DNA of 64,000 nt from Lama glama (taxonomy: Eukaryota). The DNA is taken from positions 99,264,001 through 99,328,000 of the forward strand of contig CM052816.1 of assembly GCA_028534125.1 (NCBI GenBank). Reading direction: 5' to 3'. Positions 10,461 to 20,680 of the stretch are shown in pieces; within the stretch, counting starts at the first letter, position 1; the number at the start of each line of letters is the position of its first letter. The notes under the pieces were generated by a model, which saw only the letters and a program-made list of their open reading frames with translations, had not been told where the DNA came from and made no database searches. The translations under genes were made by a program, and so were the position numbers.

Positions 10461-13400
10461 TACTGCCAAAGAAATTTATCCATGCATAGAAAAGAGAGGT
10501 AGTGTGTTGGCCAAAATATAAGAATTCTGTCACTACTATAAATAATTTAATGACTAAATTCTGTCACTAATATAAATAACATTGATTGTTGTGATAATAC
10601 ATTTTATTTCTTTCAAAATAGTCTATGTTTTAAAAACCGTATGAGAATGGTGGGATGGAAATTAGTAGGAATTCCCCATTTCATGATTATGAAAATTTAA
10701 AAGTTAAGACAATAGGGACTGAGCATTAATATGTGAGGGGCCTGAAAATAACATACACGTTTTTCCAAGCCCTCACAGCCTTTTCTGTGTCATTTCTCAT
10801 TTATGACAGTTAAACATTCAGGAGACACATCTCCATTTAGGATTTGATCGGTTGCCCACTGCTTGGAGATGGGCAGTGAATCTAGATCATAATATAAATG
10901 TATCGTCTGGTCGCCAAAATTATCCAAGCCATTGAAAGTGATGGGAAAAGCATGATCCAAGTGCTTGATTTCTATGGCTGTCTTTAGACTCTGCCTAACA
11001 ACCTTTTTTTTTTTTTTTGTCTAATCTCTCAAAATAAACTGTTCCTGATGAAATCTACGGAGGTGAGAAATCTAAGTATTCAACCCTAGCAGTGGTAGCT
11101 ACATACTCTGGGAATACGAGACCTTCGCCCCGAGGGATCGAAGAATTAAGACGCATTTGGGGAGAGAGTGAACACATACACAGGACAGAAATCAGAATTC
11201 TTAAAGAAGCATACTTTTGTCATTATTTAAAGTTAATGGAGCAAGCAAACTAAATTCCGTTTTGAAAAGCATAACTTCTGAGCTACAGGCATGTCTCCTG
11301 GTCTGGAATCTGCAGCACTGAAGAGGAGGCGCACGCGGCGGTGGCTGGCGGACCATCTCCCTGCTGTGCTGTGGGGTCCAGGAAGCACCCAACACAGAGC
11401 CTTTCTTGAAGAAATTAGCAGGACCAGGGCAACAGAGTCCGTGGCATCACGCTCCATCCTCATCATCCTTTTGTTGCAGGTACTCAGTCCAACAAATGTG
11501 GCGTTGTTCTCTGGCCTCCAAACCACGTAATTACTCTCAGTAATGACATTAACAGACCGAGATCCTCCCATTCCTGACATCAGGAAAATCCACTCCACAC
11601 CTGTTTTCTTCCACTTCCTCTCTCCAAGGCAGTGAGGGGGACTGGAAGGCGGAACTGGTGGGGGTCTTGCTTAGCTGGGGGCTTTTCTTCCGCATGACAA
11701 GCCTTTGTTCCCCGCACAGAGAGAGCTAATTACACCCGCGCTCACGGCAGGGCTCCCTGTCGGTGGGAGCCATGCAAATGCCAGGTGCCTCTTCCCTGCT
11801 CATTATGACCTGTCTCTTTCCAGGCACATCACTTTCAGGAAGGTGGAGGCTCCTCCTTTTGAGTTAAAAACACACATTCTTCATCTCCATCTCATTCTTA
11901 CCAGTTTTGCTCCAAACCCCACTCCTGCTTAGAGGGCTGAGAAAAACGCTATTTGTGCTTATTTCGCTACCATCTCAACTCAGCAATCAGCAGCAACACC
12001 ATCACTTTGCCCGCGTAACCCCTTGTGCTGACTGCGGTTCCAAGCACAGGTCCCGGGAGCCTGTCTGGGAATGCAGCTCCCTCTGTGACCATGCCACCAC
12101 CCTGGGCTGGCATAATGACACCTCTTAAAATGCAATCTATGTACCCCAGGACTTGGGAACCAATCAGAAAGAGGCTCAAATTAGCTGAGCCCTTCTCCAC
12201 TTGTGCTTTTTATGGGGGTCTGATTTGTGCTTTTTAATTAAGCGGTTATTCAAATAACCTTTAAATGCAAAGTTATCCAATAACCAGACTAGGTCTTAGT
12301 TTATCTCCAGTTGCTGGGCTAGTTAAGAAAATATATTGCAAGGAGGTCTATAATATTTTGGGGTAATACAAAGGTCTTTACAAGTTCATCTCTATTTCGT
12401 ACTTTCTACCAGTATTTTTGGCAGTGACTTTAGTCCAATGGCTCACTCGTCTGATTCTGAGACCCAAGTCAGTATCTGATGGAACACGGTGATTAGGAAT
12501 TCTTTGGGTTTTATTTAAATTTCTTATGCAGTTCTAAAATTGAACACTAAAGAGAACTGACATAAAAATATATATTTTATGATTTATAACATTTCCATAT
12601 GTTAAATCAAACATTCTGAACAGGAGTGATGACTAGTTTTATAGAGGTAAAGTGTTCAAATTAATATAAAATTAATAGAAATTACTAAGTGGACTATAAT
12701 CTGATATTTACTGATACAGAAAAGAAGTTTCTCAGCATCCATTTAGGTAATAGATAATTTACTACGGGTTTCTTAAACAGTTTTTAGACCATTTATAAAA
12801 ATCAGGTGCCTACATATATTTTAAATACACAAACAGAGAATCAACGTTTTTGAGCAAATAATGTTGTGGCGTGTACTGTCAAAGTCTCAGACTGTGCCGT
12901 CACACATGCACTGCGTATTCTTTAACATATTCAGTTCCTTTAATCTTATGTTGTGTGGAGAACGCTGATGTTAATTAGACTTCTCTCGTCTCTTCAGACT
13001 TTACTTTCTTGATTTGTGTTTTAACAACTAAGTTATCCTTTTTCATTAGAATCGTATCTATACAATAGTCATTAATGACAAAATCAAGCGGTCTTCATAG
13101 CATTATTGCAGATGATTTCCATATATCATTAAACTAATAATTATTACTGAAATTAAGCATTTTTATTAACAGGCAACTCCATCCCCTACTGAAGCTGTCC
13201 GAATTAATTTGTCAGCTTCAATGTGTGACACTGCGATCACCTCATATGTTACCAGTAACAGGAACGGAGGGAAAAAATTAGATCTCCCAAGTTTTAAAAT
13301 AACTATTAGAGACCATTTCTCACTGATAGCATCAGATTACATTTACAACTGTTACATTCAACTGGTAACATTAAATACTTTACATAAAATATTTTGCTTA

Positions 13401-14407
13401 AACCAACGATTCCTAAGTAAATGGATGCAGAATGATAATGCTTCTAAATAGTTTGACTTTGAACATTTATGTCTTCCTAGAATTATATACAAGTATATAT
13501 TATTTATGAGAATTACAAAAGGTTCACTGTCTTCTTGTTGTAAATATAAGATTTCTTAGGGATTCCTGAAAACCTCTGTGTTGTTGCAAGGAATGCATTG
13601 AGAAACCAAGGCACAAGTCTCCCCCACGCATGCCCCCGTCCTAGACTGGCCAAGCCTCGTGGAGAGGACCCCTGCTGCAGGTGCACATGCGCCCTGAGGA
13701 CTCAGCGTGACAAGCCCGACCGGACACACAGTAACTCTTGCATCTTTTGAACTGCCTCTTTGGCACAAACTGATTCTGAATGTTTTTCAAAACAAATGCT
13801 TTTATTGGCTTGTTTGCTTCTACTTAACACTAGGTGAATCAGATTTTCTTTGCAAAAATCTGTCTTCATTTAAATCTACATTTAGAGGCATTTTAGCCAT
13901 TTTTAAAAGTAACATGAGTATATCAGAGACTGATTCCTTTTTAAAAAACTAGTGTCCAAGTCCAGAATGGCTGCCATTTAGAAAATTCTACTACTTTACT
14001 GAATCCCTGTGTGACAAAAGGTTTCAAAAGATGTAAAGTAGAGTGAAATGACACGTTTGGGGACCGTTTATAACTTAAGGTTTTGTGGGGTTTTTGTCAC
14101 AGTTCTTAAAAGGCAAATTAGTAATGAATTAAGTGGGAGTTAGTGAAAGTAAGGAGCATATTTGTGACTCAATTCCACTGCAGTAGGAGGTGAATAATTA
14201 TGCTCTTTGCCAATTCGTAAAAAAGAGAGGAAGAAGAGGCAGGAGGAGAAAGGAAAGTTAGAGGGAAGGAAAGTTATTTCTACTACGCGAACCAGCAGTG
14301 AAGTCTTGGAGTTTAAGTGTTTTTTTTAAATGTAGAAACTCACAAAGATTCCAGAGAACTATCTTATACGCCAGATCAACCGAGATCGCTCTAAACAAAG
14401 ATGAACT

Positions 14408-14555
14408 TGTTTAATTCTCACAGCAGACCTCTGCTGCATGAGAAAACTAAAACAGAGAGGTTGAACAGTTTGCCCAGAGCCACACAGCTATCAAGGTGTG
14501 AAGCCAGAGTCTGAACTCAGACGTCACACTTCCTATGGCCAAATCTTAACCACCG
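14408..14555 (-). mobile_element. MIR SINE
   Basis: 'gagaaaactaaaacagagaggttgaacagtttgcccagagccacacagcta...gccagagtctgaactcag' is the reverse MIR core and head. Confidence 0.75.
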
Positions 14556-14564
14556 ACTCCTCAG

Positions 14565-14690
14565 TGAGGCTGTGAGCTGATCGCCTCCCCACGCCTGTCC
14601 TCAGCATTCTGATCTGTAATAGGGTGTTACAACACCAGGCGGGTAGCAAGAATTAAGTGAGGCAGCTGTTCACCATCCTCAGGATGGGGG
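14565..14690 (+). mobile_element. MIR SINE fragment, head-to-head with the preceding MIR
   Basis: 'cctcagcattctgatctgtaatagggtg...aagaattaagtgag' resembles the forward MIR core. Confidence 0.5.
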
Positions 14691-14998
14691 CAGGGCCTGT
14701 GCATGTGTGTACGGTGTGTTCTTCATGAGTCTCTAACCCTAGAAGTATGTCTCCCACATGGCAGAAGATCAACAAATTCAGGGAGAATACATGAATGTAT
14801 GTAAAATGCATGTAAATAAGTAAAGGTTAAAAATGCTCTTAAAAGTGTTCTTGGAGCATGCTGCGAATCATTTTTCTCGTATCTCCTGTTTATTTCCTTT
14901 TCGTTACTTGTGAACAGACGGCCCCCTCCTACCTCTATCGGGTGTGAGACTGTTTAGTTTAGGGACAGCAACTTACTGACGTTTATTCTCACACACAG

Positions 14999-15154
14999 AA
15001 GGCAAACAAAACAAAATGCTGGCCCAGGGCAGTTAAGTCAGCTTTCACCCCAGGGTGCTGGGATCCTGTGTCCATCTGGGAGGCGCTCCACGGGGGAAGG
15101 ACGTGCTGTGCAGGCTTAGTGTTAACAGGCTTCTGGCCTAAGTGCTACGATCAG
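14999..15154 (+). other. Candidate exon, 156 nt, ending at a consensus donor
   Basis: Branch-point-like tactgac (14974-14980), acceptor ttattctcacacacag|, donor CAG|GTAAGT at 15154/15155. One frame is open (KANKTKCW...PKCYDQ) but matches no protein I recognise. Confidence 0.35.
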
Positions 15155-15214
15155 GTAAGTTCGGGTTCAAACTGCATTCTTCCCGAGTGCTGCACCCACA
15201 GCAGGGGAACGGCC

Positions 15215-15600
15215 AAAGCCGCCCACGTCCCCAGCGGGCGCTGGGCCGGTGCCCACGGGCGGGCTGGCGCGGAGTGGTGCTGCAGGCGGCGGCCCGCCGC
15301 GCCCGGGCCCGGCTGCTCCCCGCACCCTCCGACCTCCCCGCGCTGTGCCAGGGAGCGGGCGGTGGTCACCGGGACGTGCCGGGTTATTTCACAGCCTGGG
15401 CCACTGGCTCAAAATGTTGGCCAAGGCTGAGCCTGCAGAATGCTCAGCGGGAGCATTTCTGAGCAGAAGCAGAACCCAGCCGCTCGCTTGCAACGTGACT
15501 CCGCCAACACAACGGAACCGTTCAGACAGCGGCCCGCGGCCTTCCTCTCCTTTAGGTGCGGCGTCTCCCGGAGACCAGGCTTCCAGCCAGCAAAACCTCC
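15215..15600. promoter_or_regulatory. Small CpG island
   Basis: Very GC-rich with dense CpG (gcccacgggcgggctggcgcgg...gcggcggcccgccgcgcccgggcccggc) and GC boxes. Confidence 0.7.
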
Positions 15601-16636
15601 GTGTGAAAGAGTAAACACTCTTTTTAGAAACAGTCAGATTTAACGCAGCTCTTCCATCAGAGGCAATGCAGCCTCGTGTAAATCCAGGGGTCCCCTGCGG
15701 AAGAATCACAGATGCTGCCCCGGGAAACACGTTTGAAATCATAGAAGTCTAAGGTCCAGGTGGCATTCTACGAACATCGAGCATAAATAAAGCTTTCTGA
15801 AAGAAAGAAGGGACTCCCCTAGTTTCATGATTTTCTGTACATGTGTTAATCCCAAATTATGAATGAACACGATGACACCTGAAATGAAAACACTGCAGTG
15901 TAATCAAGACTGCCGTCTTTCAGGATGCGCCTCAGAAGCCTTCAAAGGGACAGCTGGGTGTGCTTGTTTGTCGCTCAGAAGTGTATATGCCAGCTCCGGG
16001 GTTTCAGTGCCATCCAGGCGACGCCAATGCCAGTGAAGAGTCTTCGTCCCGCAGCGCTCTGAAGCCTTGCCTGACAGGCGGGGCAACACCACGTGGGCTG
16101 GACGCCGTCTTAGGAAGAAGAGACGGACTCGGAGGACAACTCAGGACTCTCAGGGCAGGTGAGAAACCAGAAACAGACGTAGTTGGCAAAACGTGGGGAA
16201 TCACCTGTTACACGTCAGTGTCATCCTGAACCTCCTCCTGCAACAGGAGCGCAGAGACCGGGGGTGCAATTTCTTACGTTCGCGCTGCGTTTTTATTCGA
16301 CACGACGGTGCAGAAAGTAAAATTTTTAATGTTCGCTTTCACTGCGGCGCCGGACATAAACACGAGGAAATAGCACCTTGTCCTGTGATGTCAAGGGCTG
16401 CGATTAACTAGATAAAGCTGCTTTCAGACCTTATTAGTCCAGCCTTGTCTCTTGGCAAGTCTCACACCTCAGCATGAGAAAACCTGAACTCTCCTCACCT
16501 CTCTTTGATTTTCAAGTCAAGCAGGGTTTACGCGTAAGCCCTCTGGCATCACGCTGCAGTGTGCTGGCCTCTCTCTGTACTGAGAGTTAAAATAAGACAG
16601 ATCTTTAAATTGATCGGACTGCTGGAATGGGTACAG

Positions 16637-16638
<2 letters not shown>

Positions 16639-16672
<34 letters not shown>
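16639..16672. repeat. (GT)17 microsatellite
   Basis: Perfect dinucleotide run read directly. Confidence 0.97.
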
Positions 16673-16674
<2 letters not shown>

Positions 16675-16789
16675 GTCATGAATCTCTACCTGCTGTCTCT
16701 GTGTTGTGAGGTTGTGAGACCCCGGCGTTGTGTCTATCACCCGGATAGACAGACCCACACGATTCGGTGCACCTCATTATCAAAATGAT

Positions 16790-17130
16790 GTTGACAAACT
16801 CAAAAGTACAAAGAAGGGAAGCAAAAATGATAAAGCAGCTGAAAGGATTGATTTATGAGAAAGAATAAAAAGAACCAGAGATAACAGTGAATAGCATTTT
16901 GTCTTTCTGTGTCGCGATTTGGGGGAATTCTAAACAGGAAGGTTGGCAGAAAGACTCAGAAAAAATATCTGGAAAACAATATAAGTCAGTGTGATAACAG
17001 GAGAAACTGGAAAGAAATGAAAAATAACAGAGTTTGGTTAGGTAAAACCGGGGAGCACCTGGCTTGTTACTGTGATTCAGAAGGCAGTACGTTGCTGAAA
17101 GAGCTCCAGAATGTCTCTTACAGAAACCAT
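16790..17130 (+). mobile_element. Possible CR1/L3 LINE fragment
   Basis: 'gacaaactcaaaagtacaaagaagggaagcaaaaatgataaagcagctgaaaggattgatttatgagaaagaataaaaagaac' resembles the CR1 ORF2 3' region; highly diverged. Confidence 0.4.
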
Positions 17131-17560
17131 TCTAAGTGGGAAAGAATGAATATTACATATTTACATTACAAACAGCCAGTTCAAAAATAAATACATGATT
17201 ATGTAACTCCTAGCACATGCTGGAATGTGAGTTACTGGAGAATCCTGAACCTTAGCACGTTAGATCTGATAGAGAAGCTCTCAGCAGACAGGTCAGGGAT
17301 CAGAGCGAACTGCTGTTGCCCAGAGGGCCAAGGGGTCTCGTCTTCTCTTTCCACACACTTGGCTCTTGCTTTATCATAGGCGATAACTATTTGCAACCTG
17401 ATCCCTGGGAATAAAGTACACATCAATCAGGGATTGCTACCTGCTGACATCAGGAAACAAAGAAAACCCCTATTTACCTGTGGAAATGCAGTGCCATGTT
17501 TATTTTAAACAAAAAGTTTAGGATGCTTGCAGCAATTTATCATCCTTTTCTTCCAAACAG

Positions 17561-17597
17561 ATCTGCCTTGGCAGCCGTTTCAGACCCCTTCCTACAG
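17561..17597 (+). other. Candidate 37-nt exon
   Basis: Acceptor catccttttcttccaaacag| and donor CAG|GTGAGT, both near consensus. Length is not a multiple of 3. Confidence 0.45.
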
Positions 17598-18899
17598 GTG
17601 AGTTGGGTGCCAGTTTGTTTTGTCAGCCAGGCCCCGCTGCTTCTTACGGTGAAGGGGCCCAGTGACCAGATTCCTAGGAGTGAGTCAGGGAAGTGCTTGT
17701 GCACTGTGACTGCGGCAACGCAGAGGGATCCGCTTCCAACTAGTGATCAGAATTACATCAAATTGCATGTGTTTTAGTTAAAATGTTTGATTAGCTGTGT
17801 GCCAAGTGTGGGTGTGTGGGGAAATGTCACATATTTTAAAAGACAGAAGGTTACAGACAGAGGACTAAGGCGGCTACATTATAATCAGAGACTGAAGACT
17901 GGTATAATTTTCAGGGATTCATGATATTTTAACATATCTATTAAAATCAAAACCTACCATCTAGGGCAAAATATCAGAGTCTGATAAAGAGGAGAAAAAG
18001 TGTGTTTTGTTCTCGGGGTTAACAAACACCACCACTGAAATCACTCATCCTTTTTTTTTTTTTTCAGGTAATAATCACACTTCTGATTTTGATAAAATAT
18101 TATGAATTTGAGATCCCCCTCAATTTATGTCAAATGTCCTCTTTATACTAGAAATATATTTATTTAAATAACTCATTTCAGAACACCCATTTTACCAGAA
18201 GCCAAAATAAAATTTCATACTCAACAATGTTTTTGAGAAGTCAGTTTCATGAATTTTTTTTTCCCCTGGAAATGTAGGGGGCAGGCAGAGTCGGAGGCTA
18301 TGCTCTTATGCCCACTTTTGCTGGGAGTGGATTATAAAAAGATTTCATTTCTCAGCAATTGCTTTTCTTGGGTAATGGTGTTTTGGTTTCTTCTTTTTTT
18401 TTTTTTTCCACCAGTTTATATTATGACAGTAATTACAAATATCTGGTCTGCTTTAGCCTTCATTTCACTGATTTCCATACTATTCCTTCAGAGGCCACAG
18501 GCGTTGCAAGACCCCCTCTTTGCCCACACTCCTGCATTCAGAACAGCCCCCCTCCTGGCGCATCCCTGGGTCCTGCTTAATCCCTGCCCCCCCTCATTAT
18601 CCATCCACTCTGCACGTTGTCTTCACTGAGCTAGGACATTGACATCAGATAATTAAATCACCCTTTGTGAGAACGAGGCTATTTCTAAAATAGTGACTTT
18701 GAAAGATGATTCAAATGTTCTTCCATTCACAATGTCCAAAATCGACCAACTTTTTTTTTCTTTACCCAAACCAAGGAAGAGTAAAAAGAAAAACACTAGA
18801 GAATCACTTTTCCATAAAGAATTCTTGAAAAAAAATCACAAAATAACTAAAGACCGTCATTCCTCAGGAGGATCTGACTTTATGGTTGGCAAACCCCCG

Positions 18900-20680
18900 C
18901 ATCGTCAGGCGAGCAGACAATAAAGGAAGGCGAGCCCAGCGCCGTGAGTGACCTGAAGGAGCCTCAGAGAGTGTGTGTTCTCAAGGCGAGGCCAGGGGCG
19001 AGCATGTCGCGGGGGCAGATCGCACAGGGGAGGCGGGCCCGGATTCCACCACGTTTCTGCATTCATCCGTCGGAACCATTCTGACAACGCAATTGCACAA
19101 GGTCTCATTATTTATGGCCACGTTTCCTCATCACAGCGCAGCCCGAGAGAGGCTCTCATTGAGTTTTCCTTCCTTCTCCTGCAGAAGGAAAACGCCAGCC
19201 GCCTTCACGTTTTATTTGTGGCACTTTATTTAATTGCTCGGCGACAGAGCAGAGGCCGAAATCGCTGCCGCCCGAGGAGGAGCCGAATCCCAGCGCGGAC
19301 CGCCTGTTAGAGCCGAGCATCCTCGGTGCACGTACCTCTGCAAAGATGCCGGCTGCCTAACGCGTACGTGCCGCCGCGGCTCCTGCGGGGGGTCCGGTTT
19401 CCGCCTGGGCCGACACACCTGGGTAAGCGGGGGCATCCCTGCGGCGAGGATCCGGCACCCCCGCAGGCCCTGCCCCGCGCGGAGGGAAGGTCGGCTGGGC
19501 CCTGAACAAAGGCGCGCCCTCCCCCCGCCTCCTCCTCCTTACCCCCCCGCTCCAGCCCCGGGAGGTGCGGGCGCCGCCCGCCGGGCGCAGCAGCAGGTGG
19601 CAGCATTGTCAAAGGCCTGGCAGTGGGCTGGCGGCGGGGACACCCGCATCCGGCGGGCAGTTGTGCATGTGGAGGGGCTGCGACCTTCCCTGGGTCCACT
19701 GTCGCCTCCTCGTGTGCTCCATGTTTGCCTGTGACTGCGGCTCCAGGTGACAGTCACGGCACTTGGAGTTGACTTAACCTGAATTATCTGCTCCTCTCAC
19801 TGTTTTCACGGCGTGACACGACCTGCCTTCTTTCACCTCCAGCCTACCAGGCGGAGGTCTTGGGGCCACAGACAAAAGGCCAAGCTCGCTCCTCATTAAA
19901 AGACAAATAGAAAGCAAACGGCAGGGTGGGTGAGGGAGGCGGAGGGCGGAACTCAGGTCCCCTCTTCTGTTACCTCGATGCCGAGGGAGCTGGGAACAGG
20001 TTTTGTTTTTTTTCCTGTTTTTAATTAGTGATTAAGATGAGGGACATTTGTCTCCCATTTCTTACCTGAGTCTGGGCGACGTTCAGCGCGCAGACACAGG
20101 CGGTCGAGGGGGTTAGCGGGCTGCACAGCGCACGGTGCCGGACAGCCCTGGTGGTGCAGGCTGGCGCACCCCGCACCCCGCACGCAGGTTCTCAGAGTAA
20201 GAGAAACAGCATCGCTCTGCTCGCCAGCCTCACACCTGCCGCGGCAGGCCGAGAGGAGAAAGCACTTGAGGCAAACCCAGGACATGGGCAGGTGCCCAGA
20301 CTAAGCCTGCACCTGCCTGCAGGCGGTGGTCCTGGCGGCAGGGTCACTGCAACTGCGACTCAGTTAGGTTGGCTTTTTCGTGGCCCTTGGGACGTAAAAT
20401 GCTGCTTTCTCTCCCCGTGTTTTCCTTCCCTGGGCAAACGCTCACACAGGACGTGTCCTGTCCGGATGAAACGTTTCAGTCTGTCTGGATGGCTCGGGCG
20501 CACACCCTTCCTCTGCCGGCCGCCCGCTCGGCTCGCACGCGCACACACGCGTCTCTCCATCTCGGTAAATGAGTGGTGATTGCATGTACAGGTTTAATAG
20601 TTCACAGGGAAAACGTCTGCCATTACAGCGCATCGAGCTGCCATGACGGAGGCCGAAAGCTGACACCCTCGAGTTGTAGA
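18900..20680. promoter_or_regulatory. Main CpG island, probable promoter and first-exon region (two GC-rich lobes)
   Basis: Dense CpG and GC boxes at 19240-19740 and 20075-20560. Donors TGG|GTAAGC (+, 19422/3) and CAG|GTAAGA (-, 20066/5). No interspersed repeats seen. Confidence 0.85.
19590..19605 (+). promoter_or_regulatory. CTCF-like core motif within the CpG island
   Basis: GCAGCAGGTGGCAGCA matches CCASYAGRKGGCRS at 13/14; it also contains E-box CAGGTG. Confidence 0.5.

Noticed and set aside
11201..11600. Possible coding exon in unique, moderately GC-rich sequence
   Set aside because: No frame gives a recognisable protein and I could not pair an acceptor with a donor convincingly.
15068..15742. 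Multiple ORFs over the small CpG island
   Set aside because: Stop-codon scarcity in GC-rich DNA explains them; Pro/Arg/Gly/Ala-biased in all frames.
18900..20680. Naming the host gene
   Set aside because: No coding sequence was recognised, so any gene symbol would be a guess. A BLASTN or synteny search is needed.
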